From the NCBI GenBank assembly GCA_965216565.1, contig OZ244170.1, positions 800,001 to 864,000 of the forward strand: DNA of 64,000 nucleotides, written 5' to 3'. The notes below the pieces were generated by a model. The model worked only from the letters and a program-made list of their open reading frames with translations. It ran no database searches and had not been told where the DNA came from. How positions within the stretch are numbered: the stretch's first letter is position 1; each line of letters starts with the position of its first letter. This document shows, piece by piece, positions 51,101 to 59,379 of this stretch. Both the position numbers and the translations under genes were made by a program. The stretch comes from Bythopirellula sp. (lineage in GTDB: Bacteria; Planctomycetota; Planctomycetia; Pirellulales; Lacipirellulaceae).

Positions 51101-51372
51101 TCGCGGAACTCGTCGATTTCATGGAGCCGATTGAGCTGCTGATAGCAATCGAGGCTTCCATGGAATGCCTGAGCTAATTGCTCCGAGGGCAAAGACTTGC
51201 TTGACAATAGGTTTGCATAAGACTGGAGTGCCTCGGCATAGTTACCGTCCGATTGCAGCTTCTTTGCCGCAGCCAGTTCGGAACTCTGCGCCGCATCGCA
51301 CTGTGTGTGAAAAGAGCAGGTACAGATTGCGAGTGTTATGAGTCCACTGAACCACAATTTGGGCCTAACCAT
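45193..51372 (-). CDS. Bacterial alpha-2-macroglobulin family protein
   Basis: TDRPVYRP, FRVEEYKKPEF, VRENFADTALW, thioester YPYGCTEQT, QLSDGGWGWF, A.AMYAPE. Confidence 0.93.
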   Translation of the reverse strand: MVRPKLWFSGLITLAICTCSFHTQCDAAQSSELAAAKKLQSDGNYAEALQSYANLLSSKSLPSEQLAQAFHGSLDCYQQLNRLHEIDEFREPLTKDFADDWRMLSAIAESYSTRQHWGYRVAGEFHRGNHRGGGKVINAEARDRVRSLQLFSRALQLLDKLTEEQSQSAAADMLRGFARTMNYHHNHTQSWRLQSLTDLEELPDYDDGWNMFHGGTQGAPVNADGQPVFYDEPNSWQEATNDGERWRWLLAKLVGWQPQRKNEVLTLRAQFLKSQFGVGTLARYGRWFGQPTPNDGNAETGTFALHTLSENETIARLATGIKRFELPDSHNHIKLLQQIATADADSSTPYLSPAVHSLAGLFTDRRQFPRAAEYWQQAIDKNLNAPHAKLQRDQIVKNWGRFESVMTQPAGKGATVDFRYRNGKRVTFTAHRVKVRDLLTDVKQLLKDFDGKRIGWEKLQIEQLGHRLVTQGEDKYVGKQVAKWNLDLQPREGHFDRRTTVTTPLQEPGAYLLTSKMADGNSTSIVIWISDTAIVRKPLVGKSLYYVADAVTGKPISKCNVEFFGYSNEHLGDNQFKMHTKDFAKFTDSAGLVELPPDDNQRYSWVAVATTPAGRFSYLGFRSVWDNDYYDQQYQQVKVFTVTDRPVYRPEQKMQFKFWVRHAQYDLKDESRFAAQTFQVEIRDPKNEKVYSTQLTSDAYGGLEGSWQVPAGATLGQYRIHVVNHGGGSFRVEEYKKPEFEVTIDAPEEPLTLGDTITAKINARYYFGSPVTEATVKYKVLRTAYTDNWYPPMPWDWLYGPGYWWFSYDYPWYPGWTRWGCFAPSPPWFWRSPTPPEVIAEQEVPIGADGTVEVEIDTSLAAELHPNQDHSYQIQAEVVDASRRTIVGSGRVLVSRQPFKVFVWPHRGHYRVGDTMEIGAAARTLDGKPVTGNGTMRLLKIRYEDGTPVETETGSWELALGQTGQASLQIKASEAGQYRLVYQLTDEAGNEVEGAQVVTIAGEGFDGSEFRFNDLEIIPDRRDYKPGDKVALRINTNRTGAAVLLFLRPSNGVYLKPQLVQLDGKSTEIEVDVTQKDTPNFFVEAITVHSGSVHTVAREIFVPPVERILNLEVVPSADSYLPDQQAKLTLKVTDQQGLPFIGSLAVSIYDKALEYISGGTNVADIREFFWKWRRDHRPQGENNLERHSGLLVKPNAPYMQNLGVFGETVADELDLVANRESSSSGQRFRMDRGRGGLGGGVAKSLAAPMAADQVRGQEMKEGFADGSSEEERDANEPATELLEPTVRENFADTALWVGSLKTNEEGLAEVELDMPQNLTTWKVRAWGVGHGTRVGEGSAEIVTRKNLIIRLQAPRFFVERDEVVLSANVHNYLSEKKQVRVILALDGDCLELIDADGNGALEQTVTIDADGEARIDWRVRATGEGTAKITMSALTDEESDAMAMEFPVHVHGMLKTESYTGVIRPTQENGQFTISVPAERRAEQTRLEVRYTPTLAGAMVDALPYLLDYPYGCTEQTLNRFLPAVITQQTLRRMDLDLAAISQKRTNLNAQEIGDDIQRAQGWKRFDRNPVFDDAEMEAMVAKGVTKLTSMQLSDGGWGWFSGWGERSYPHTTAVVVHGLIKAKENEVALVPGVLERGVQWLERYQADQVRRLDRWQQGEREDAKQHADNLDALVHMVVSEASQIESTPNATEAHQQMTEHLYRSRTKLAVYSLATYGMALHLQQETDKLQMVLRNLRQYVKEDDENQTAWLELPGGYWWYWYGSDNEAMSYYLKLLVATDPDSELAPRLVKYLLNNRKHGTYWQSTRDTALVIEAFADYLQATGEDDPNVKLEVWIDGQQRKQVEITKENLFTFDNKLVLSGDELASGRHTVEIRKTGASPIYYNGYLTNFTLEDDITAAGLELKVARKYYKLTPVDAETEIAGGHGQVVSQKVEKFSRTEIVNHADVESGDMVEVELEVDSKNDYEYILLEDMKAAGFEPVAIRSGYNGNELGAYMELRDDRVSLLVARLARGKHSVSYRLRAEIPGRFSALPTRASAMYAPELRANSDGLKVEIVE

Positions 51373-51780
51373 CGAATCGCCTTTTTTTCGCTGTTCCGGT
51401 TGCGGGGCATCGCGGGGGCAGTTGCCAGTGCTGCCTGTTCTACGTCAATAGTGCCGGGAGCGTCCACCCAGGTCTCAACTTCCTCGGAAATCACAGTGAG
51501 TTTCCAGGCTAAGACGTATCGACAGCGACAGAAGTTCCCACCTGGTAACAAGTTGCGTTTCGGCAACGTTCCCCGTCGGTCGTTGTTTTTTTGAAACCCC
51601 CAGCGGTCGCTCTGGCTCTGGAGAACCCTTCGATTGGTCAGAAAAAGACGGGCGTAGGGCGGTTGTCTGAAGTACGTTTTCCTTGGCATGCAGTATGCAG
51701 CAAAGTACGCAGGTGAGTGCCCCCAGCCAACCCTCCCCCGTCGCCTGCAGCCAGTCGCCTATTCTCCAGAGGTAATTTTA

Positions 51781-53193
51781 GTGGTAGCACCAACCGACTT
51801 TCGGGTTCGCACACATCGTTCACTGGTGGACGTCGCCTATCGGCTCATTGATGCAGCGTCCATCTTGGCGGCAGCCCTCGTGGCGACTCGTTACACCGAT
51901 AACGAGCATCTAGAGAATCTGGCATTTGTCGGTGCCACTACGCTCGTCGTTCATGCGTTAATGATCGAAATCAGTGGCTTGTACCGTAGCTGGCGTGGCT
52001 CGCGGTTGGGAACGGAACTGTGGTGCGTATTGATCAACTGGCTCTACACGGCTCCGGCTGTGTTGGGCATCGGTCTGCTCACCCAAGTCAATGCGGGGTT
52101 CAGTTACCGAACAAAGGTAGTCTGGCTCATCGTCACGCCGCTCGCCATGATGAGCGGTCGCGTCCTACTCCGCGGGTTGTTGCGCAGTCTCAGACGTCGG
52201 GGACTCAACACACGTTCGTTTGCCATTTGCGGTTCGAACAAGCTCGGCCAGCAGTTGGCGCAAAACGTGAAGAACTCACCGGAACTCGGTTTAGAATTTG
52301 CCGGCTTTTACGACGACCGTCTCGAAGGCCGCACACCAGAAGATGTCCGCCAGCAAAGCCCTAGTGCCGGAAATCTTGATGAACTGGTCGAAATGGCGCG
52401 GACCGGCGCTGTCGACATGGTGTTCATCACTTTTCCGATGAGAGCCGAAGAGCGAATCCAAAAAGTGCTGGATCGGCTGGGCGATTCCACCGCGTCGGTC
52501 TACATAGTGCCCGACTTCTTTGTGTTTCAGATGTTGCATGCCCGTTGGAATCAAATCGACGGCCTGCCTGTTGTCAGCGTATTTGAAACTCCGATTGCCG
52601 GAATCGATGGTGCTCTTAAGCGAGGGTTCGATGTGGTCGTGTCTTCGCTGTTGCTACTGATACTTGCGCTGCCGATGGCCCTGCTTGCCTTGCTGGTTAA
52701 GCTAACTTCGCCGGGGCCAGTTTTGTTTCGTCAGAAACGCTATGGGCTGTCGGGTGAAGAAATTGGCGTCTGGAAGTTTCGTTCGATGCGCTGCTGTGAC
52801 AACGGGAGCCAAGTTCGCCAAGCGACCAAGAACGACAGCCGCATCACGCCGCTGGGTGGAATATTGCGAAAGACTTCGCTCGACGAATTGCCTCAGTTAT
52901 TCAATGTGCTTGCCGGCGATATGTCGCTCGTTGGACCGCGACCTCACGCCTCGGCCCACAACGAAGAATATCGTCAATTGATCGATGGCTACATGCTCCG
53001 CCACAAGGTGAAACCAGGCATCACGGGACTTGCCCAGGTGAACGGTTGGCGGGGCGAGACCGAGACGCTCGAAAAAATGCAACGTCGCGTCGAGTACGAT
53101 CACCGCTACATTCGCGAATGGTCGCTATGGATGGACGTGAAGATATTGCTAAAGACGGCAACCGTAGTGTTCCAACAGGAGAATGCCTACTAG
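51781..53193 (+). CDS. wcaJ: Undecaprenyl-phosphate glucose phosphotransferase (WcaJ family)
   Basis: KRGFD, SPGPVLFRQKRYG, KFRSM, SLDELPQLFNVL.GDMSLVGPRPH, VKPGITGLAQV; SD GAGGT before GTG 51781. Confidence 0.9.
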   Translation: MVAPTDFRVRTHRSLVDVAYRLIDAASILAAALVATRYTDNEHLENLAFVGATTLVVHALMIEISGLYRSWRGSRLGTELWCVLINWLYTAPAVLGIGLLTQVNAGFSYRTKVVWLIVTPLAMMSGRVLLRGLLRSLRRRGLNTRSFAICGSNKLGQQLAQNVKNSPELGLEFAGFYDDRLEGRTPEDVRQQSPSAGNLDELVEMARTGAVDMVFITFPMRAEERIQKVLDRLGDSTASVYIVPDFFVFQMLHARWNQIDGLPVVSVFETPIAGIDGALKRGFDVVVSSLLLLILALPMALLALLVKLTSPGPVLFRQKRYGLSGEEIGVWKFRSMRCCDNGSQVRQATKNDSRITPLGGILRKTSLDELPQLFNVLAGDMSLVGPRPHASAHNEEYRQLIDGYMLRHKVKPGITGLAQVNGWRGETETLEKMQRRVEYDHRYIREWSLWMDVKILLKTATVVFQQENAY

Positions 53194-53321
53194 GCACAGG
53201 AGCACAGAGGTCGTGGCGAGCCGAGTCGTCCCCGACCACGGCTCTCTTGCAGTTCTTATCTTAATCTCTCAGCAAGCAAATTCAAACTGTTGCGTCCGGC
53301 AGGGTCGTAACAGGGAGAGGC

Positions 53322-53357
53322 ACCGGAGGTTCCGGCAGGGGAACCTCCGGTTTTTTT
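53322..53357 (+). terminator. Intrinsic terminator
   Basis: ACCGGAGGTTCC-GGCAG-GGGAACCTCCGGT followed by a T-tract. Confidence 0.8.
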
Positions 53358-53478
53358 GTGCGCAGTCTGGAGAGTATCGGAGTCGCCAAGATATTCCGGT
53401 ACATGCTACTAATGAGAATCGGTACAATTCCCTAGCTTAAGTTGGCACTTTAGATAAGACCCAAAGGCAGGAGACTCG

Positions 53479-53907
53479 ATGACTCCGACGAAAACTATTG
53501 CCACCAGCAATACGATTATGCCACGCCACCTGGCAGCAATCTTCGACAACATGCTTGCCGCCATAGTAGGTCTACTTGCCGCGCAATATCTCATTGACAA
53601 GGATCACTACCAAATTCAACTGGTTTTTTTCGTTGTTGCTTATTTGGCTTACTTTTTCCTATTCGAGTTGTCTATTTCGCGAACGCCGGGAAAAATGCTG
53701 ACAGGTCTGGTTATCGTGCGCAAGGATGGCAGTCGGATTTCGACCTTTGATGTGGTGTTGCGAACAGTACTTCGGCTAATTGAAGTAAATCCAGCTTTCT
53801 TGGGTTATGCGCCTGCTGCACTCAGCATCATTTTTTCTAAGCACCACCAGCGCTTCGGCGATCGACTTGCGGGCACGATCGTGGTTCCCCCGAACCGAAT
53901 CGCGTAA
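53479..53907 (+). CDS. RDD family membrane protein
   Basis: RHLAAIFD, TPGKMLTGL, R..LR.IE, QRFGDRLAGTIVV. Confidence 0.85.
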   Translation: MTPTKTIATSNTIMPRHLAAIFDNMLAAIVGLLAAQYLIDKDHYQIQLVFFVVAYLAYFFLFELSISRTPGKMLTGLVIVRKDGSRISTFDVVLRTVLRLIEVNPAFLGYAPAALSIIFSKHHQRFGDRLAGTIVVPPNRIA

Positions 53908-53946
53908 GCAGCGAAGGGCTTCTGTTTTTTGCGTTAGCAGAGTAGC

Positions 53947-54486
53947 ATGGCATTCATGCCCACGTTCAATCCCACCGACTACGGCCCCGCGTTCGAGCAG
54001 ATTTTGGACGGCGATCGGCTGCGCTCATTGGGCGAAGGCAGCCCGGATGACGACAGGGGGGAGATTCTCGCCACGCTTTCTCTCGACGTGGCCTTTGGTC
54101 ATGCCAAGGTGTCGGACGAATCGCACGCCGAATGTTGTCTGGCTGGGGCGTGGCTGCTGGGCGACTTTCTCGACAAGTCCCACGACATTAGCCAGGGCAT
54201 CCACAACCCGTCGGGCAGCTTCTGGCATGGCATTATGCATCGCCGCGAGGGTGATTTCTCGAATGCCAAATATTGGTTCCGCAAGGTGGGCGACCATCCG
54301 ATCTTCGATCAACTCGGCCTCGAAGCGGGGCAAAACGAGTGGGATCCGTTCGAATTCGTCGACAACTGCAAACATGCTGAGCGCAATGGCGGAGCCGAGC
54401 AGAGGCGCTATATGGAACTGCAGCAACTGGAATGGGAACTGTTGTTCGACTATTGCTATGCCCAGGCCATCGGACGCGATGCGTGA
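53947..54486 (+). CDS. Conserved hypothetical protein (HGIMHRREGDFSNAKYW motif)
   Basis: SH.ISQ and W HGIMHRREGD..NAKYWF motif. Confidence 0.75.
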   Translation: MAFMPTFNPTDYGPAFEQILDGDRLRSLGEGSPDDDRGEILATLSLDVAFGHAKVSDESHAECCLAGAWLLGDFLDKSHDISQGIHNPSGSFWHGIMHRREGDFSNAKYWFRKVGDHPIFDQLGLEAGQNEWDPFEFVDNCKHAERNGGAEQRRYMELQQLEWELLFDYCYAQAIGRDA

Positions 54487-54668
54487 CCACTTGAAAGTGC
54501 CATGCAAAAGCCGATACTAGGAGCTTACCTGCTGCTTAACCCTCCTCCGAATGCACGAGCGTTCGGTATTTCGAATTCGGATTCAGGATTCCCGAAGAGT
54601 GGAATCCCTAGGTTTTGATCCGCAAGTCGAGTCCCACATTCTCAATGTTATTGAAAGGATACCCCCCC

Positions 54669-55187
54669 ATGTCCCGTTCCGGAGCCGTTACTTTTAAGGG
54701 CAACCCTATGGACCTCGCTGGCGAGGCAGTGACTGTCGGCCAGGATGCTCCTGACTTCAAGCTGAACTACTTTAAGGATGGCATGCAGGAACTGACGCTT
54801 GCCGATCTCAAGGGTAAGCCCACCATCTTGAGCGTGGTTCCCTCGCTCGATACGCCCGTTTGTGCGACACAGACGAAAAAGTTCAATGAAAGTCTGGCCG
54901 AGCATGGCGAGAAAATTAATGCCGTCACCGTGAGCCTTGATTTGCCATTTGCGATGAACCGCTTTTGCGGGGCTGAGAATATCACCAACATTCAACCAGC
55001 CAGCGATTATCAAGATCGTCAATTTGGCGAGAGCTACGGCACGCTGCTGGAAGGTTTGAAGATTCATGCTCGCGCGATCTTCGTACTCGATTCGGCCGGC
55101 AAAGTGACTTACGTCGAGTACGTGCCCGAGGTGACGGATGAGCCCAATTACGATGCAGCTCTAGATGCACTGAAGTCTCAGCTTTAG
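54669..55187 (+). CDS. tpx: Thiol peroxidase (atypical 2-Cys peroxiredoxin)
   Basis: VTFKGNP, VPSLDTPVCATQ, DLPFAMNRFC, EPNYDAAL. Confidence 0.95.
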   Translation: MSRSGAVTFKGNPMDLAGEAVTVGQDAPDFKLNYFKDGMQELTLADLKGKPTILSVVPSLDTPVCATQTKKFNESLAEHGEKINAVTVSLDLPFAMNRFCGAENITNIQPASDYQDRQFGESYGTLLEGLKIHARAIFVLDSAGKVTYVEYVPEVTDEPNYDAALDALKSQL

Positions 55188-55268
55188 TCCGAGTGGGACA
55201 TACCCCGATTAGGCCTCGCCCCCATGGGGCGAGTCACTAGTTGCTACGTCTATATTGAAAGGTTTTTG

Positions 55269-56003
55269 ATGAAAGTTTCTCAGTGCCTATTGGCGGAGGC
55301 GATTGGTACTTTCTTCCTTTGCTTCGCTGGTATTGCATCGATCCTCAGTATGCAGGCCCCCATTAACAATGGGGCGGGCATCGTGGGTGTTGCGTTGGCC
55401 CACGGGCTAGCGCTGGCGGTTGGGGTCAATGCTTTCGGCGGAATTAGCGGTGCGCATTTCAATCCAGCCGTGACGCTGGGCATGTTGGTCACCAACAGGA
55501 TCAAACCCGATCTTGCAGTGCAATACATCCTGACGCAATTACTTAGTGCGAGTGTGGCCGCCTACGCGTGTGCCCAGTTTTTTCCACCTGAAGCTGTAGA
55601 GGCTGCTAAACTTGGCATCCCGTTGCCGAGTACCATCAATATGCCAGGTACAGAAGGTGCCTGGCTGACGACGCCCGTCCTGTTGGCCGTGGAGTTTGTG
55701 CTGTCGTTTATGCTGATGATTGCAATCTATGGCACTGCGATTGATCCGAGAGGCGCGGGCGTAAAGATCGGTGGATTTGGGATCGGTTTTGCGGTTAGTT
55801 TCGACATCTTGGCCGGTGGAGCCATCACAGGAGCTTCGATGAATCCGGCCCGCTCGTTTGGTCCGGCTTTGGTGTATCAGTTCACCGGTGGCGAAGGCGC
55901 CTTCGATTTGCACTGGTGCTATTGGGTGGCACCCATTGCCGGGGTCATTACTGCGGCACTAGTTTATGAACACTTGATTCTTGAGAGTAATGAAAATGGG
56001 TAG
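55269..56003 (+). CDS. Aquaporin (MIP family)
   Basis: ISGAHFNPAVT and GASMNPARSFGP; six TM segments. Confidence 0.95.
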   Translation: MKVSQCLLAEAIGTFFLCFAGIASILSMQAPINNGAGIVGVALAHGLALAVGVNAFGGISGAHFNPAVTLGMLVTNRIKPDLAVQYILTQLLSASVAAYACAQFFPPEAVEAAKLGIPLPSTINMPGTEGAWLTTPVLLAVEFVLSFMLMIAIYGTAIDPRGAGVKIGGFGIGFAVSFDILAGGAITGASMNPARSFGPALVYQFTGGEGAFDLHWCYWVAPIAGVITAALVYEHLILESNENG

Positions 56004-57420
56004 GTTGATTGTTATTGTGATTGTTTTGGTTGGCATTGCGCTATTCATTAACAATATGAAGCCACGCGAAGGTGGCCCTGCTGCCGAGGAAGAACCGAAG
56101 CAGGCCGAATCTGCTGAGCAGGCCGACGATAGTTCCAAGGAAGCAGCTCCCACTAAAGAAGAGGCGGAGACGCCGACTTCGGAGGATACGACAACCGAGA
56201 AGCCCCTTGCTGAGGAACCCATTGCTGAGGAACCCGCTGAGGAGCCCGCTGAGGAAGTTGTGAACCTTGGCGAGGTCGACTTGATAACGGGGATTTCTGG
56301 CACAGGGGATCTATCTGGCGATGAGATCGACAAGTGGCTCGACAATAAGCAGAACCACGCGGTTCTGAAACCTGAATTGCCGCTAGGCCTCGCTGCCGGG
56401 GCGGCGATGATTACCGGGATCGAAGCCAATCCAATGACCCGGGCAAAGATTGAATTGGGGCGTCAGCTGTATTTTGATAAACGTCTCTCGCACGACGAAA
56501 CCATCAGTTGCGCCACTTGCCATGATCCCGAGGCAGGTTATGCCAAGGAAACCCAGTTCGGTGAGGGCATCGGAGGTCAGAAGGGCAATCGGAATTCGCC
56601 GGTGGCCTATAACCGAATTCTAAGTGACGCCCAGTTTTGGGATGGCCGGGCAAAGACGCTTGAAGAGCAAGCGGTGGGCCCCATCGCCAATCCCATCGAA
56701 ATGGGCAATACCCACGAGGCATGTGTGGCATCGATCAAGGACATCGATGGCTACGTCAAGCAATTTGACAGAATCTTCAACGACGGCGTGACGATTGACA
56801 ACATCGGCAAAGCCTTGGCCACCTTTGAACGGACCTTGGTAACTGGTCCTGCACCATGGGACTATTTCGAGCAGCTCGATCGGTTTGAAAAGGCCTACGC
56901 TGACGATATTGAAGATCTAGACTACCTCAAGGAAGATGATCCCGAACTGTACGATGAATACATGGCTCTTAAGGAAGCAAGTGAAGCCCATCCGATTAGC
57001 GAGAGTGCCATTCGCGGCGGTAAGCTGTTTTTCAGCGACAAATCGGGCTGCACCGCTTGCCATCTGGGCGCCAACTTTACGGATGAAAAGTATCACAACT
57101 TGGGCGTGGGCATGGAAGTTGACGAACCAGACCTGGGGCGCTATGTCGTGACGGAAGTCGATGCCGACCGTGGAGCGTTTAAGACGCCGACCGTCAGGAA
57201 TGTTTCCCTCACCGCACCCTACATGCACGACGGTTCGCAGAAATCGTTGCTGGAGGTCGTCGAGTGGTATGTCAAAGGGGGCCATCCCAACGAGCACCTC
57301 GACAAGAACGTAAAGAAACTGGATCTGACCGATCAAGAGAAGGAAGATCTAGTAGCGTTCATGGCGGAGGGTCTGCTGAGTGAGTTTCCCGAAGTGGAAA
57401 CAGGTCGGCTCCCGAAGTAG
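55990..57420 (+). CDS. Di-heme cytochrome c peroxidase (CcpA/MauG family) with acidic N-terminal linker
   Basis: LGRQLYFDKRLS, CATCH, FWDGRA..LEEQA, CTACH, FKTPTVRNV, PYMHDG; overlaps the aquaporin stop. Confidence 0.92.
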   Translation: MKMGRLIVIVIVLVGIALFINNMKPREGGPAAEEEPKQAESAEQADDSSKEAAPTKEEAETPTSEDTTTEKPLAEEPIAEEPAEEPAEEVVNLGEVDLITGISGTGDLSGDEIDKWLDNKQNHAVLKPELPLGLAAGAAMITGIEANPMTRAKIELGRQLYFDKRLSHDETISCATCHDPEAGYAKETQFGEGIGGQKGNRNSPVAYNRILSDAQFWDGRAKTLEEQAVGPIANPIEMGNTHEACVASIKDIDGYVKQFDRIFNDGVTIDNIGKALATFERTLVTGPAPWDYFEQLDRFEKAYADDIEDLDYLKEDDPELYDEYMALKEASEAHPISESAIRGGKLFFSDKSGCTACHLGANFTDEKYHNLGVGMEVDEPDLGRYVVTEVDADRGAFKTPTVRNVSLTAPYMHDGSQKSLLEVVEWYVKGGHPNEHLDKNVKKLDLTDQEKEDLVAFMAEGLLSEFPEVETGRLPK

Positions 57421-57485
57421 CTCCAGAGATCTCGCGGAAGCGCACCGGGTCTGACTGGCGTCCTTTGTTGGTTGCCTGGCGTCTC

Positions 57486-57959
57486 TTATTCGCTATCGAC
57501 CACGTGGGCGTCGATTACCTTGGCATCGATAACCTTCGCATCAATGATCGTCGATTTGCCCGGGGGTGGGGCGTCTGATTGCGTGGTGTGCGTTCGCACG
57601 ACAAATTTCTTGGCGAGCCAATACTTCAAGGCTTTCGTCACGATCATGCGAATTGGCGGGATCAGCAACGACAAACCCACAATATCGGTCAACACACCGG
57701 GGGTGATCAGCAGCATTCCCGCGGCAAAGATGAGAAAGCCATCGCCAATGGCACCGGCGGGAATCATTCCCTGCCGCATCTCGCGTTGCACGCGCTGTAT
57801 CGCCTGAAAGCCCTGCCAGCGTGCAAGGGCCGCTCCGACAATGCCCGTGCCTAGCACGAGTACGATGGTGTTCATGATCCCCAACTTCCCACTGAGCTGC
57901 GCCAGCAGCCAGATTTCCACAACGGGAATCACAGTGAATAGGAATAAGAGCTGGAACAT
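57486..57959 (-). CDS. fxsA: FxsA family membrane protein
   Basis: P.VEI.LL, ARWQG, AGMLLITPGVLTD.VG. Confidence 0.9.
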   Translation of the reverse strand: MFQLLFLFTVIPVVEIWLLAQLSGKLGIMNTIVLVLGTGIVGAALARWQGFQAIQRVQREMRQGMIPAGAIGDGFLIFAAGMLLITPGVLTDIVGLSLLIPPIRMIVTKALKYWLAKKFVVRTHTTQSDAPPPGKSTIIDAKVIDAKVIDAHVVDSE

Positions 57960-58162
57960 GAATGAACTCTATCGGGAATTCTAATAAACGTTCCCAAACG
58001 CGGAGCGTAATGACGGCTACTACTGTAGCTGAGCAAGTTCACTGCATTTCCCGTTGAAGTCACCTAGGACATGTGCCCCGGAAAACGCAATGACCCGAAA
58101 AACGCAATGAAATGTTGCTTCAATCCTAGAGGCAGAGTGCCAGAAAACAATAGCGATTCGAC

Positions 58163-58191
58163 TTGTTGAGAAATGTGTACAGATGTATAGT
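58163..58191 (+). promoter_or_regulatory. Sigma70-like promoter overlapped by an imperfect palindrome (possible LexA-type operator)
   Basis: TTGTTG-N17-TATAGT; TGTAC-AGAT-GTATA at 58176-58189. Confidence 0.5.
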
Positions 58192-58197
58192 ATTTCC

Positions 58198-59289
58198 ATG
58201 GAGTCTTCAAATCACCACCCCAGGACGGCCAAAGGTCGTGGTGCGAACGGCCAACCAGCGAATCGTTTTCTCGCTGTTCGCCAGGAACTTGATCTGGAAC
58301 AAGTTGCCGACGACGAAGAATTCCTGGCCCACTTAGGCAAACCGGCGACTACTTATCTCCCTGACGAGTCGCAAACGATAGTTACCACAAACAACAGTCC
58401 TGACATCACGTTCCGCTATAGCATCAATCCCTACCGTGGCTGTGCCCATGGATGCAGTTATTGCTACGCGAGGCCGACCCACGAATACTTGGGATTGAGT
58501 GCGGGCCTCGATTTTGAAACTAAGGTAATGGTCAAGTACCGTGCCGCTGAGCTATTTGCCGATTGGCTTGCCCGACCGGCTTGGAAGCCTGAGCAGATTG
58601 TATTTTCGGGCGTGACCGACTGTTATCAGCCGGTGGAGCGAGAGTTAAAACTCACGCGAGGTTGTTTGCAGATTGCCGCGGAGTGCCGCCAGCCCGTTGG
58701 GATGATAACCAAGAATGCTCTGGTAACACGCGACCTCGATTTGCTTTCCGACCTGGCCAGAAACAATTGCGTACGAGTCGCTATGAGCATTACCTCGCTC
58801 GACGCAAGTTTAGCCCGCGTGCTAGAACCGCAAACGAGTTCCCCCCGGGCCAGATTGCGAGCATTGGAAGAGTTGAACGCTGCCGGGGTACCCACGCTAG
58901 TCATGGTCGCCCCCGTGATCCCGGGACTCAACGATAGCGAGATCCCCGCGATTCTCGAAGCGGTGGCTGAGGCCGGCGCAGGTGGAGCTGCATTTACGTT
59001 GTTGCGATTGCCCTGGTCCGTCCGTGAGGTGTTCTTTCATTGGCTAGAACGATGGGTGCCTGACAAGGCCGACAAAGTGAAGACGCTAATTCGTTCGACA
59101 CGCAATGGCCGCGACAACGACCCCGAGTTTGGCAACCGCATGCGAGGCCAGGGGCCGTTTGCGGAGCAATTGGCAGCGACATTCAAGGTCTTCTCCCGAA
59201 AGTACGGGCTCGACAAGCAGCAATCCCCGCTCGACGGCTCACAATTCCGCCCGCCCCGACGATCGGGTCAGCAGCTAGACTTGTTCTGA
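58198..59289 (+). CDS. PA0069/Rv2578c family radical SAM protein (SplB-like)
   Basis: GRGA..QP.NRF, SINPYRGCAHGCSYCYARPTHEYL, TDCYQPVE, ends QLDLF (beta-clamp-binding-like motif). Confidence 0.92.
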   Translation: MESSNHHPRTAKGRGANGQPANRFLAVRQELDLEQVADDEEFLAHLGKPATTYLPDESQTIVTTNNSPDITFRYSINPYRGCAHGCSYCYARPTHEYLGLSAGLDFETKVMVKYRAAELFADWLARPAWKPEQIVFSGVTDCYQPVERELKLTRGCLQIAAECRQPVGMITKNALVTRDLDLLSDLARNNCVRVAMSITSLDASLARVLEPQTSSPRARLRALEELNAAGVPTLVMVAPVIPGLNDSEIPAILEAVAEAGAGGAAFTLLRLPWSVREVFFHWLERWVPDKADKVKTLIRSTRNGRDNDPEFGNRMRGQGPFAEQLAATFKVFSRKYGLDKQQSPLDGSQFRPPRRSGQQLDLF

Positions 59290-59319
59290 ACTCAGGAATG
59301 TCTAGCCGATGAAAGCAAC

Positions 59320-59352
59320 AAAAAAAGCCCGAGGCACGAAGCCTCGGGCTTT
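59320..59352. terminator. Bidirectional intrinsic terminator
   Basis: AAAAAAAGCCCGAGGC-ACGAA-GCCTCGGGCTTT between convergent genes. Confidence 0.8.
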
Positions 59353-59379
59353 GATGTTTGCTAGTGCGAACGACCAATC

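Noticed and set aside
58081..58110. Direct repeat AAAACGCAATGA x2
   Set aside because: Only two short copies; could be an operator but has no further support.
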